Assembly: GCF_006345805.1 (NCBI RefSeq)
Contig: NC_043003.1
Span: 87,110,001 to 87,174,000, forward strand
DNA length: 64,000 nt
Reading direction: 5' to 3'
From: Octopus sinensis
Lineage: Eukaryota
Part shown: positions 25,761-39,602 of the stretch, piece by piece
How positions within the stretch are numbered: the first letter of the stretch is position 1
Layout of the letters: each line of letters opens with the position of its first letter
Notes under the pieces: model-generated
What the model saw: only the letters and a program-made list of their open reading frames with translations
Told to the model about the DNA's origin: nothing
Databases searched by the model: none
Made by a program: the position numbers and the translations under genes

Positions 25761-26389
25761 TAAATAAATGGAGTTAAACACAGCTGTTATTCAAATCTTT
25801 ATAGTTCCGACATATGTTTCGAAGAAAACATTGGTATTATTCCAGAAAGAATAAAATGATGTAAAACAATGCAGTCTTATCATGGAAAAAAAGAGGAAAC
25901 AAAACTCATCAATAAGACATATTAACCAAATGTGATCACTACAAATATGATGAAGGGAATGCTGGTACATTATTTTTTTAAAAACCATTAATATATATAA
26001 CGTCAAAGGCAATTTATAGAAAGAGAAGGAGGAGGAAGAAAGAAATTAGCAGGAAATTAAAAATGAAGAAATATAGTGTGATAGGTGAATAGGAATAAAG
26101 GTTAAAGGCGTGGAAATAGATATATCTAGTGAGATTGAAATGTAAGAAGACAGTTAAAGGTCAAATTTTATAGAAATACATATGCACACACACATATATA
26201 TATATATATAATATATATATATAATATATAATTTGTTGTGTAAGATTTTTTATGTGAAGTCGTGTTTGAAACAGATATTGTTAGTTTCAGAATGGTCATT
26301 TTGCCAGTTTAGCCATAAAAACACAAGCACCAAATATATAGTGCGTGTGTTTTTATGGCTAAACTGGCAAAATGACCATTCCGAAATAT

Positions 26390-26459
<70 letters not shown>

Positions 26460-26485
26460 AATATGTATATATATATGTATATATA

Positions 26486-27757
26486 CAGGGGTTGGACAAA
26501 ATAATGGAAACACCTAGCATCATAGCATCATAATTTTGAAATATCATTAAAACTGTCAAAACTTGTTTATTTTTATGCTTTTTGATCTATTTATTAATAG
26601 TGTTGTTTAATATGTTTTGCTAAAATTACTGTTTCTTTTCAGATATCATCAGAAAAAGGGAATTAAAATTCATTAAACTGACAGATCTATCGGACTTTCA
26701 AAGAGGTCAAATTGTTGGCACTCATATAGCAGGTGCTTGTGTAAGAAAAACAGCCGAAATATTTGGTGTATCAAGAAGTACTGTCTCTAAAGTAATGACA
26801 GCCTTTGAGAAAGAGGGAAAAACCTCCTCACCGAAACAAAACTCCGGAAGAAAACCAAAACTTTCAAATAGAGACCATCAAACTCTTATGCGAATTGTAT
26901 GAAAGGATCACAAAAGTACAGCTCCCAAAATTATAACAGAGCTTAAAGACCACGTCAAGAACCCAGTTTCCACAAAAACTGTTCGCCAGGAGCTGCACAA
27001 AGCCAGATTTCATGGGAGGACTGCAATAAGAAAACCACTACTTTCAAAATCAAACGTTGCAAAGCGTTTAAAGTGGAGTAAAAACCTACAGAATTGTCCC
27101 TAGAGCAGTGGAAGAATGTTATTTTCTCGGACGAGTCATCCTTTACCGTATTTCTGACTACTGGCTGAGTATGCGTGTGGAAACAGCCAAAACAAGCATT
27201 TGACCCAGACTGCCTTCTTCTAATTGTTAAACACAGAGGCAGATCTGTAATGATCTGGGGTGGGGCTGTATCTTGGAAATCCGCCGGCTCAATGGTTTCC
27301 CTTCATGGCAGAAATAATAGTCAAGACTATCTAAGCATTTTATCTGATCAAATTCATTCTATGGTTGTGGAACTGTTTCTGGAGGGAAACGCAATCTTTC
27401 AGGATGATAATGCACCAATTCACGCAGCTAAAGTTGTTACTGAATGGTATGAGGAACATTCTAGAAAAGTTGAACATCTTCTTTGGCCACCACAGTCGCT
27501 AGATCTCAATATTATTGAACGTTTATGGTGCATTTTAGAAAGACATGTAAGGAGTCGATATTCTCCACCATCATCACTACAAGAACTGGAGACTGTTTTA
27601 GAATAGACAAAAATTCCTTTTGAAACAATTCAAACTTTGTACAAGTGCATACCTCGTAAAATTCAAGCTGTAATTTCTGCCAAAGGCTGTCCTACACCAT
27701 ATTAAAATAAATTTGTTTGAAACTTTATGGTGTTTCCATTATTTTGTCCAACCTCTG
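26486..27757 (+). mobile_element. Tc1-like element with DD36E transposase pseudogene (26678-27705)
   Basis: 29-bp TIR CAG(G/A)GGTTGGACAAAATAATGGAAACACC at both ends; DLSDFQRGQIVG, FSDES, QDDNAPIH-..-WPPQSLDLNIIE with 36 residues from D to E; start codon reads CTG; internal stops. Confidence 0.92.
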
Positions 27758-27778
27758 CATATACATATATATATATCG

Positions 27779-28121
27779 TGAAGGCGCATGGCTCAGTGGT
27801 TAGAGCGTCGAGCTTACGATCGTGAGGTTGTGAGCTCGAATCCCGGACCGGGCTGTGTGTTGTGCTCTTGAGCAAAGCACTTTATCTCACGTTGCTCCAG
27901 TTCACTCAGCTGTAGAAATGAGTTGCAACATCACAGGTGCCAAGCTGTATCGACCTTTGTCTTTCCCTTGGATAACACTGGTGGCATGGAGAGGGGAGGC
28001 TGGTATGCATGGGCGACTGCTGGTCTTCCATAAACAACCTTGCCCGGACTTGTGTCTAGGAGGGTAACTTTCTAGGTGCAATCCCATGGTCATTCATGAC
28101 CGAAAGGGGTCTTTACCCTTT
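27779..28121 (+). mobile_element. tRNA-derived SINE family E (CORE/Meta-like central domain)
   Basis: A box TGGCTCAGTGG, B-box-like GAGCTCGAATCCC, CTTGAGCAAAGCACTTTATCTC..CAGCTGTAGAAATG; degenerate minus copies near 21985-22185 and 24890-25000. Confidence 0.8.
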
Positions 28122-28142
28122 ATATATACATACATATATATA

Positions 28143-28790
28143 TGTGCATCTGCTCTCTCCCCCCGAACCCGCCCTGCAGCTTCCCGCCTCCCTTTTCCCC
28201 TCACCTACCACCCCACCACCGTATCTCTCCAACGCACCATTCTCCAAGCTTTCCGGCATCTCCAGTCCAACCCGTTCACTTCACACATCTTACCTAACCG
28301 ACCACTCCCCTCCTTCAAACGAGCCCACAACCTACGAGACCTCTTGGCCCACAGCTTCTTCCCCAACCCTACCTCCCAACCTGGCTCGTTCCCCTGCTCC
28401 CACCCACGCTGCCACACTTGCCCTTACCTCTCCAACACCACCCTCCTCACCGGCACCCATCATCGACCCTATCGCATCACCAACTCCTTCACCTGCACCT
28501 CCACTAATATCATCTATTGCATCTCCTGCTCTCTCTACCATTCTCTGTACATCGGGCAAACAGGACGCCGCTTGGCTGACCGGTTCGCAGAACACCTCCG
28601 AGACATCCACCTCGGCAATGACACCCCAGTTTCATGCTATTTCCGCTCTACCAAACACTCTTTTCATGTTCGGATTGTCCTTGCTCAGAGGCCATCCTGA
28701 CTCCCGTTTGCACCGTGAACAGGGATTAATCTTCTCTCTTCGCCCCTTTACACCATTTGGGCTCAACTCTCCTGCCCTCTTCATCTAACC
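28143..28790 (+). pseudogene. Penelope-like element GIY-YIG endonuclease fragment
   Basis: FKRAHNLRDLL, CSHPRCHTC, FTCTSTNIIYCISC..YIGQTGRRLADRFAEH. Confidence 0.85.
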
Positions 28791-29070
28791 TCCTCCCCTT
28801 TCTTCTCCCCCTCTCTTCTACTTCCTCCCACCCAACTCTCCTTTCTTGTCCTGACTCCTGCTTCTCTTCACTCCTACTTCTCTTCACCCCTACTCTCTTT
28901 CCCTCTTCTCTCTTTTTCTCTTCTCTCTTTCTCTCTTCTCTTTTATTCTCTTCCCCCTTTCTCTCTTCTCTCTTACTCTCTTTCTTTCTTACTCTTTCAC
29001 CCTCTCTTTCTCTCTTCTCTCTTACTCTCTCTTCTCACATACCCACCCTCCCTTTCCCCCTTCATTGCCA
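28790..29070. repeat. CT-rich low-complexity tract
   Basis: Polypyrimidine (CTCTT)-like. Confidence 0.8.
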
Positions 29071-29254
29071 AACTTTCCTCTTAATCCCACCCCACTCCTA
29101 CATCATCACACCACACCACACCATGCAACATTACACATCACATCACAACACACCACCCACACACCAGCACTGACCAATTCCCATCCCCACATTTTCATAC
29201 CTATACATACATACACGCACACGTCCAGACCACCAGCCCTCTTTCACACGCATT

Positions 29255-29614
29255 TTGGATTTGAGAGCTTTAATAGAAGCTTTGGTACGTTTTTTGTTGA
29301 TTCCTCCACTTCCATACTTCCCTGTAATAGTTTTGCTCATAGTCATTCTATTCTTTACATTATAAACATCTTTATGGAGACTCCAACTGTTCTTGAAATC
29401 TCCTTTGGTGTGACGAGTGCATTCAGCAAATCACACACTCTTTGACGTTTGTTTTCCTGATTACTCATATGGGCAAAAGTTTCTGAAAAGGTAAGGATAA
29501 TAGTGTTAGGTATGATTATGACATCAATATATGCTAGGTTTCAAAACAATTGTCTTAGTGCCTGCTGAGAAAAAACAACTTAACATTCATTGTAAATTTT
29601 GCTTCCCCACCCAG
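29255..29614 (-). mobile_element. 5' fragment of a Tc1/mariner-superfamily element
   Basis: TA|CTGGGTGGGGAAGCAAAATT terminus; ATG at 29468 gives MSNQENKRQRVCDLLNALVTPKEIS, then ..GSGGINKKRT, an HTH-like N-terminus. Confidence 0.55.
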
Positions 29615-29794
29615 TATGTATGTGAGTGCATGTCAGAGTGCGTCCTTGTGCAAGTGTATGTGTGATAATTTTTATGTTAGGCCTCAGACAATTAAACACA
29701 CACATCTACACATACATTTACATATGTATATGAGTGTGTATGTGCCTGTGAGTGTGTGTGTGTTTCCGCATTCGTTATGTCTATAGTAAACTAT

Positions 29795-29839
<45 letters not shown>

Positions 29840-29932
29840 GTCGTCGTCGTCGTTTAACATCTGCTTTCCATGCTAGCATGGGTTGGATGATTTTGACTGA
29901 AGGCTGGCGAACCAGATGGCTGCACCAGGCTG
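29795..29932 (-). mobile_element. Short RTE 3' end
   Basis: (CAT)n followed by GTTTAACATCTGCTTTCCATGCTAGCATGGG. Confidence 0.8.
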
Positions 29933-30859
29933 CCAAATCAAGATTGGAAAAGGACATTTTATGCCATTTTAATAAGCCCACATCTAATGAAGTAGCCATC
30001 TTTATGGTAGGTGATCCCCATGAAAATCGTGATATTCTCATTTGTGTTCAAGATAACAACCTTAAATGTGTTTCAGAGACTCATCACTCTTATGATGCTC
30101 TCCAGTATCCTCTTATTTTATGGAATGGTCAAGATAGTTATCATTTCAATATTCTACAGATTGAACTTATAACAGGAGAGTCAATCACAAACAAAAATGT
30201 GTTGTCAAATGACTTCTATTCTTAACAATTGATGTTAGACCAGAACAATTAAATCAATTACACATATATCATGATCTGTTTCAGCAATACCTGGTTGATA
30301 TGTATGCTAAAGTTGAGAGTGAGCTTCTACTCTACATTTGTAACAATAAAAAAAAGTTAGGGGCTAAAAATTGTGTTCATCTCCAAGATGTTCTCCATGT
30401 CCTAGAGGCAACAATCATAACAAGTATGAATTCCAAAAATTCCTCTCATAACAGGTATAAATTCCAAAAATGACTCTCATAATTTAAGAGGCTTCAGTTT
30501 CCAGTCAAATTAAGTTTTGGTATTTCAATTAACAAATCTCAGGGTCAATCCCTCAAGGTAGTTGCACTTGATCTCTCTACTACATGCTTTTCCCACAGCC
30601 AACTCTATGTTGCTTACTCACAAGTTGAAAGCAGCAACAATCTATCCATTTCGACACCAACAAAAAATTACACAGTGAATATTGTTTACCCTGAGGTGCT
30701 TCAACATTGACAGATTTTCGGTTCGAAATTCTATTATCATTACAATTTAGATATTTTAAAATAAAATATTGATATTTGAAATAATCATAAGCATATATAT
30801 TTATATTTATTCTTTACTAATCTCAATAAGAACAGCAGTAACCCAGGAAATTCAGCTAG
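29933..30859 (+). mobile_element. Internally deleted Helitron (Rep fragment, Pif1-helicase C-terminus, 3' CTAG)
   Basis: NEVAIFMVG, SETHHSYDALQYPL, LFQQYLVDMYAKVE, then FKRLQFPVKL, INKSQGQSL, CFSHSQLYV, NIVYPEVL*; CTAG at 30856-30859. Confidence 0.85.
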
Positions 30860-30862
30860 TAT

Positions 30863-30909
<47 letters not shown>

Positions 30910-30920
30910 ATGTATATATA

Positions 30921-31552
30921 CCCCTCTACATTAGCTTTCGTGGACTTGGAGAAAGCCTTTGACAGGGTCCCCTGATCCCTTATCTGGTGGGCGATGCGGA
31001 AACTGGAGATATGCTGTGACTGTGAAGACCCCCAAAAATAACGTGAGTTCATGGCTATTTCCTACACCAGCTTCACATTGAAGACCCAGGCCATCCAAAG
31101 TGCCTTGGATCGCAGGACAGCCTGCTGTGCTTACCTTGGATCATAGGGTGACCTGCTGTGCTTGAGAAGACCTATTGAGTCAAGTACATCAACATCAAAA
31201 AATCAAATGGAAATTGTAGTTGTGATACCTGTGCCGGTGGCATGTAAAATGCACCATCCATACGTGGCCAATGCCAGCGCCGCCTTGACTGGCTTCTGTG
31301 CCAGTGACACGTAAAAAACATCACCTGATCATGGCCGTTGCCCACCTACCCTGGCACCTATGCCAGTGGCATGTAAAAAGCACCCACTACACTCACGGAG
31401 TGGCTGGCGTTAGGAAGGGCATCCAGCTGTAGAAACACTGCCAGATCAGACTGGAGCCTGGTGCAGCCTCCTGGCTTCCCAGACCCCAGTCAAACCGTCC
31501 AACCCATGCTAGCACGGAAAACAGATGTTAAACGATTATGATGATGATAATG
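30921..31552 (+). mobile_element. RTE chimera: short RT piece joined to a 3' UTR
   Basis: LAFVDLEKAFDRVP*SLIWW at 30925-31010, then 3' UTR units and (GAT)n tail. Confidence 0.75.
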
Positions 31553-31601
31553 ATATATATATATACTAGCTATCTATCTATATATATATATATATATATC
31601 T

Positions 31602-31840
31602 CATCATCATCATCGTTTAACGCCCACTTTCCAAGCTGGCATGGGTGGGAAGGTTTGACAGGAACCAGTCAGGCAGAAGCCTGCACAAGACTTCTGTGAC
31701 TGTTTTGGCAAGATTTTTACAGCTGGATACCCTTCCTAACAACAACCACTCAGCAGAGTGGACTTAGTACTTTTTATGTGGCACAAGCACAGGTGAGGTC
31801 AGTTTTTGCAAGGTTTTTACAACTGGATACCATTCCAAAT
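31602..31840 (-). mobile_element. Diverged RTE 3' end
   Basis: CATCATCGTTTAAC..GGATACCCTTCCTAAC. Confidence 0.7.
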
Positions 31841-31895
31841 GCCATATGTATGTATGTGTGTGTGTATGTATGTATGTATGTATGTATGTATGTAT

Positions 31896-32001
<106 letters not shown>

Positions 32002-32494
32002 TATATATATAAAGTTAGATAAGGATGGTTTATAAGATTACCCTGGGTTTGTGGCATATCATCATATCTCAAACCTGTTGGCTTATGGCTTCTCTAGTGA
32101 GTGGCTGTTCTAGAAAATAAAGGAGGAAAGGACCTCACTACTCAATGTCAACAACAGGGAATTGCTTTCTTTTGGCTATCAATCGTAAGTGACCCTGTTA
32201 TCATGTGGGTTATAATAGGCAAGCAGGAATTTCCTTAAAATGCAAGCATAGTCCAAAGATCTCAGTTCTGAAGTTAAAGATGTTCCCTGGATCAAAGAAG
32301 TCCTTTAGTATCCTTGCAAGAGAGGTTGCTTGGTTTGTTTGGTATCTGATAATACACTATAAAGCTAAGCATTTTATGGATATGAAACCCAGAGTAATCC
32401 CATACTGCTCTAACTTAGAGTGTGCTTCTTTTTCGGATTTAGGCTTTACTGTTGATGTATGTATGTATGTATGTATTGTGTATGTGTCAGGTAA

Positions 32495-33040
32495 CTTTCG
32501 AGTGTTACTGGTAACATGTAACCCAGTACAATGTGTTGCATGGTCGGGTCTTCGGCGACTAAACCGGCAACCCCACCAACCTTGCTTGGTGAGGAGGGTG
32601 TTTATTGGACACCCTGCAGGATGAAAAACAAAACCCGTCAAAGTGCGGAGGAACTCTTGAGAGTCAACGGCCATCCAATAAATGTCTTAAGGCTGTATCA
32701 TGCGCGTGGACATAGAAATAATCTGACTGAATACCCGATCGCGCAGTTAAACCATTGGGAGTGAAGGACTCCTAGCCTTTGTTAGGGCATCCTTCTAGGA
32801 GAAGGTAACTCAGGTAACTGGGATAACTCCGACATAAAACCTGCGGCTCAGTGGTTACCGATGATGCTGACTTGTTCTTCTTTTCGGATTATGGCTGCTG
32901 TTGCTTAGTGAGTGAAATTGACTCAGTGCACAGCCTGTCCTCACTTTAAAAAAGATCTACTTGCACAGGCATTGCACGATAACAACATTGATTAAGCTTC
33001 GTGCAATGGCCATACTCGATAATGAGGGGGCAGCCACCAT
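32495..33040. mobile_element. Probable interspersed repeat, reminiscent of an RTE 5' UTR
   Basis: GC-richer block between (TATG)n arrays containing CTAGGAGAAGG.AACTC; assignment from recollection only. Confidence 0.3.
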
Positions 33041-33589
33041 GTATTATGTATGTATGTATGTAGGTAGGTAGGTAGGTAGGTAGGTATGTATGTATGTAGG
33101 TAGGTAGGTAGGTAGGTAGGTATGTATGTAGGTAGGTATGTATGTATGCATGCATGCATACATACATAAATTACATACATGTGTACATATGTGCATTAGA
33201 TGGTGTGGCTTAAAATGGGAAAATAAGAAAAAATAAATCAAAGACCCATACTATTTATGAAATGATGCAAGAATACACAGACATTGTAGCCATGAATTGT
33301 AATTAAAAAGTCATCAAAACCAAGCAGATATTTTTTCAGTTAAAAGAGATAATCAATAAGGCTGTCAGTAACTACAAGGCATTTGGGGTTTTTTTTTTTC
33401 AGCTCATATTCAGTTGCACGTAGTAGCTAAGACTGAAAATTTTTACAAGTTCACTCATTTGTTTGTTTCATTTGTGTTTTTTCATGCTAGTATGGGTTAG
33501 AGGAATAACCAAAAAGAAAAAAAAATCACTTGTAATTTCATTTCATATCATAGCCATACATAAGCAAATGATTTGAGATTATTAAAATA

Positions 33590-33780
33590 GAAAAGGAAAG
33601 GAAAAAGAAAAGAAAAGAAAGGAAAAGAAAAGAAAGGAAAGGAAAAGAAAAGAAAGGAAAAGCAAGAAAGAAAGAAGAAAGAAAGAAAGAAAGAAATAAA
33701 AGAGGAAGGAAGGAAGGAAAGAAGGAAGGAAGGAAGGAAAGAAGGAAGGAAGGAAGGAAGAAAGAAAGAAAGACAGAAAA
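33590..33780. repeat. (GAAA)n/(GGAA)n purine tract
   Basis: Direct reading. Confidence 0.9.
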
Positions 33781-35054
33781 AGAGTTTTACAGCTGGCTGA
33801 ATTATTTAGTCTTTGAACTGCAAATTGAAAGGGCAAAGGCAAATATGCCATCACTAGCACTGTATCTATAACACTTAACTCTCAGACAGCGTAGACCACC
33901 TATCTGTAAAACTGTCTCAGATTGTCTTTTTAAGTTTCTCTTCAAATGTCATTCAATAAATGCAAATATTTCATTCTAAGACCAATTCTATTAGAAGTTA
34001 GCAATGACAAGAGTTCTTCTGTTGCAAGATGGTTATGTGGTTAAGAAGTCTCCTTTGCAACCACATGGTTTCAGGTTTAATCTCAATATGTAGTTCATTT
34101 TGTTCCATTTTCTTCAACACTTTGTGAGTGGAAATCAAGCAAAAACATGTCTCTGTCTCTCTCTCTGTCTGTCTCTCTCTCTCTCTCCTTTGCACACATA
34201 ATAATAATAATAATGAAAATACATATTTTTGTCTTGGTATAAAAGATGAGTTACAGCAAATATTCTGCTTAATACCCAGTTCATCACACAATAGGTGTTG
34301 ACAGTAGATGGATCACCTGACCATGGGAATGCATCCCTTCCACAAGAAACAAAAGAGTATGCACTCCAGTGCAATCATACAGGGTCTAGGACAAGGCACA
34401 CTGCTCATGCGGTAGAAGATGATGAAGTGATATACATATTCGCTACAACAACAATAATGATAGCAACAACAACAACACCAACAATAAATAACCTGATGCA
34501 ATACCAAGCAGTGGCTCTCATGGCTTCTGATCTTAACTGATTGTAAGTGTTATCCTGTACATGTTTTGTCTCAGTGTAAAAGATGGACTATAGCAAATAT
34601 TCTGCTCAACATCACAGATTTGCTAGCCAGTTGCTTGACCATAACCAGTTGAGCATGTCTCTTAGTGGCTGACTATATGTGCATCTCTGATCATGACCAG
34701 AAGTAATTGGAGAGTATCATAGCCATGCATTGAGAGGAAGTCTTTGGGGTTTGGATAATTCACCCCTGGAAATACAGGTGTTTCTTTCAACATCCTTAAA
34801 CAACCCTTATTCAGGAACCTTTTGAGAGGGATGGACTGCTCAACCTGAAGAAAATTTTAACTGGGCTCCATCTGCAAGGTCATGAACTGTTTATCTTTAT
34901 ATGAGATCAGCATGTTGTGCTCATATAGTAGTGATGCATGTGCCTGGTGCACCCTTACCAGATGGGTAGGCATGATGGACCTATTGAGCTTCATATATTT
35001 GTACCCCAGTGTCATTTTGATGGTATACGCTGCTCTCTCACACACTCAATAATA

Positions 35055-35098
<44 letters not shown>

Positions 35099-35120
35099 TA
35101 ATAATAATAATAATAATAAT

Positions 35121-35823
35121 AAGCACCTACAGAGTACCTCAACAGGCATGATAGAGCAGCACAATATATTCACTGGGTAATTTGCAAAAACCTGGATTTG
35201 CTCCATGAAAAAAACTGGTGGGAACACAATCCACCTCCAGTGCTTGAAAATGACCACATCTCACTCCTCTGGAACTTCACCATTCAAACTGACAGAAAGA
35301 TAGATGCAAATAGGCCAGACATCATATTGAAAGACTTCAGACAAAGAACATGCCTCCTCATTGATATGACTGTCCCAATCGATATAAACGTATCTGTCAA
35401 GACCTACCAAAAACTGAGCAAATATAAAGATCTTGAAATAGAAATCAGCAAAATGTGGAACCTGAAGACTAAAACAATACCTGTTGTCATAGGTGCCCTG
35501 GGAATGATAGCGAAAGGGGCTGATTGCTACCTAACTCAGATACCAGGAAACCCCAAAATGGCAGAAATTCAAATGATAGTGCTAATGAGAACTGCTCATA
35601 TCCTACGCAAAATACTCTCTATGTAATCCCATCCCAAGGTTTAAAACAAACTTTTTTTTTTTAAATTTATTTATTAGACATTCACTAGTACAACACAAAA
35701 AAAAAACAAATATATGGCACACTAGGCATAACAACAACGTGAACTTCCAACCTGTTGTCTCTTGAGGTCTCTGGGTGAGACTTGGAGCCAACTTGTACAA
35801 AAATAAAGCGAAAGTCAAACATA

Positions 35824-35825
<2 letters not shown>
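35121..35825 (+). mobile_element. 5'-truncated R4/Dong-like RLE-encoding non-LTR element in (TAA)n
   Basis: YLNRHD, NRPDIIL, LLIDMT, KLSKYKDL, IPVVIGALG in an open frame ending at 35626; (TAA)n at both ends. Confidence 0.85.
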
Positions 35826-35867
<42 letters not shown>

Positions 35868-35959
35868 TAATAATAATAATAATAGACAATATGAAGATCA
35901 TGATGCAATTGCTATAGATATTTTATTGGTTGAATGATAGTTTGACAGCAAACCTGTTT

Positions 35960-36270
35960 TTGTCAAGTTCAATATGAAAATCCTTTGACTGGATGGAAGT
36001 GCCTTCTAGAAGATCCATAAGAGGTTGAGAAGGAGCTGGTGGTGTTGGGAATGTTATCTGACTGCCTGAGCAGCACATACCATTTGTTTCATTTGATAAT
36101 TTTAAAGCTCTACAGAAATGACAATTTGTGTTTAGCACACTAATTTGGACAGAGTTATCATTTTTATAAGAATGGGGTGAATCATATCTGAAAATAGCCA
36201 CAGGAGTTGTGAAGAACGAATTTGTATGTAGTCTGTTTCTACTGGACCTCTGTCTAATCATTAAAACATT
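35960..36270 (-). pseudogene. Helitron Rep/helicase N-terminal zinc-finger fragment
   Basis: CHFCRALKLSNETNGMCCSG..P..P.QPLMDLL. Confidence 0.75.
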
Positions 36271-37706
36271 TATTTAATGATCCAGCATTAAGTGCTGCAA
36301 CATGCATTTGCTGATCTTGAGAAAATCTCATCTCTCTTCAGACTCTTGCCTTCAGTTTTCTACAATTCTTCTTGGTTTATACTTGTTTATGGAGAGATAC
36401 GTCTTTTCTGCATTTCTCCTGCTCGTTCCATAAAAATTTATTTGAAGAGAACAGAAAGTGAAAGAAGAGAAAGGGAAAAGGACGGAGAAAGAAAGTGAAA
36501 GATGTATGTACGTCTATATGAAATGGACATGTGTGTGCATGCGCGCATGCATGTGCGTGTGTGTGAGACAGAGAAAAAGAGTGAAAAAGAGAGATAGAGT
36601 GAGTGAGTGAAAGTGTGTGTCGTGATGATTGATGTGTTTTCAGGTACACACACATATAGAAAATGTGACATCATCATATAAAATGTTTACGATAGTTGAT
36701 TTATGGAAAAAATTATCATGTGAAATTTTTGAAATGCAAATATGTGAATGGAAATTAAGTTTAGTTTGTAGCCGAAATAGTACTGAATCTTTTGATACCC
36801 CATACGTCAAAATCAGTAACTCGGTTTTAGAATGCACAAGGAATATATATATATATAGGACAGACTTCTTTGAGAGTGAAAGTATTATCTCACATTACAA
36901 TAGATACACAATACTGAAATAGTGTAAGAGATAAGAGATTGCTCTGGGCTCGCATTAGGCAAGAAGTTGGAAATTTATTTGGCCCATGACACTGCAAGGA
37001 CCTTTGTATTTGACGACTGTTGCTTTAAGTATTTCATTTCAATTGCATGTATATATGTATGTATGTATGTATGTATGAGCCAATGAGGGAGACCTCTACA
37101 TGTTAGCTAGACCTGGAAGAGATAGCAGCCAAATCTCCCTCAAAACACCCTACTGTCTTAATCTGATAATTCTGCCTATTATGTAGTTTGAATGAGAAAC
37201 TGTAACTAAAGATTAAGATTTTTAACCCCAAACTTAGACAGTGTTAAGTAGTGAAGATGTTTGGTGATTGTATGTGTTGGTTACTTTTGACTGTTTCTTC
37301 TCAATAAGGATAATTGATTGATAATGAATCTTAACACAATACATATACAACTTCAAGTGGAATCGGACATCATATGAGAGACAGAGAGAGGAAAGAAGAG
37401 AGACAGCATAGCGACGGTTTTGGCCGACTGTCATCCTGTACTCCCCTTGTTGCTAGCAAAATGGTATGTGCCGGCTGTCTGAGCAAACACGTTGCTTTCA
37501 ATGGCGGAACAAACAGGACAAAAAGATTACAAAAATAGCAATTCTCACTTTGAAACTAGCAATTTTGAAAATCTTTTTAGATTACAGAAAATCCTGCTCT
37601 CTCATGTATCCATGTTTAAAATTTCAGTGCAATCGGATGAACAACACTTGAGTTATAAGACAGACAGAACGGAGTTTATATATTGGATATGTGTGTGTAT
37701 ATGTGT

Positions 37707-38525
<819 letters not shown>

Positions 38526-39454
38526 TAAGTATATTCATAACTTTATTCTCCAATATTTGATATCAACCTAAAATGTAATCAGTTACAAAATATAGATGTA
38601 TTGAAAATTACCTTCTGTCAATAATGTTTTGTGGATTCATGAATCACAGATAAGTGGCAGTTTTTGGATTCTAATGCAAATAAATGAGATATATATAGAG
38701 AGAGAGCTATAAAAAAAAAAGAAATAGAACAGAGAACAAAGGAGTATACAGAGGGGTATGTTAAATGTTCTTAACATGTAGGAGCAAGATTTTAGGCTGT
38801 AAATCTTAAGGCAATATAACTAACAATATATACAAAATGTTCACAAATAGTCAGTCTGACTTCTTTGAAAGTGACTAGAAAGAGTAAATTAACTGGAAAG
38901 TAAGAGACCATTAACAAAGACATTTGAACCCAGCCACACTCTGATACTCTTGCCTTTGTTGTCAGCATTCTTTGAGATCAAAAATAGGTTTTTATAGCCA
39001 TCTCAGAGCACAGATAAATTTAATGGAATAAAATTATCTATGTCAAGATTTCTTTCTCTCTTTCTCTTTCGTTCTCCACCCCACCCCCCTTCTCTTTTTC
39101 ATTCTGTTTAATGAGCAACTGCACAATTTCCATAGAGACAGATCCACTAGACCCACACCCTATCAATGAGCTTTCGCCATATCAAAATTCTATGAAACCA
39201 ATGTCCTTGACATAAGTAAAACTTTAAACTATGCCTGGCATGCAATGCAAATTTTCAGTCAAAATTTCCCACAGCTGGCTTCAATGCATTTGTCATCATT
39301 TGGATTACTAACTTATAATCATTTTGCATCAATATTTGTGTTGAATGAGCTGTTTCTGCTCCACACACATTCAACTCTGGCATGCCCCTGTGTCTCTCAT
39401 TCTCTTCAGTTACCTACTTCTTAGTTGTTGTCACGTCTAATGCAGTTCAGAAAA

Positions 39455-39568
39455 GGGCATTTAGATAAAGTGCTTAGTTGGGTAGTGTTTAGTTGGTTAA
39501 AGTGTTTAGTGGAGTTAAGTGTTTAGTTGACTAAAGTATTTAATTGTATCATCATCATCATCATCATC

Positions 39569-39602
<34 letters not shown>

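Noticed and set aside
27779-27850. tRNA gene candidates at SINE heads (also 589, 9781, 17065)
   Set aside because: A/B boxes are present but acceptor stems are incomplete and they continue into SINE bodies.
29752-30225. 157-aa poly-His ORF
   Set aside because: (CAT)n RTE tail fused to a Helitron Rep fragment.
36629-36922. 97-aa ORF listed on the minus strand
   Set aside because: The translation matches the plus strand from TTG at 36629, so the strand label looks wrong; no recognisable motif either way.
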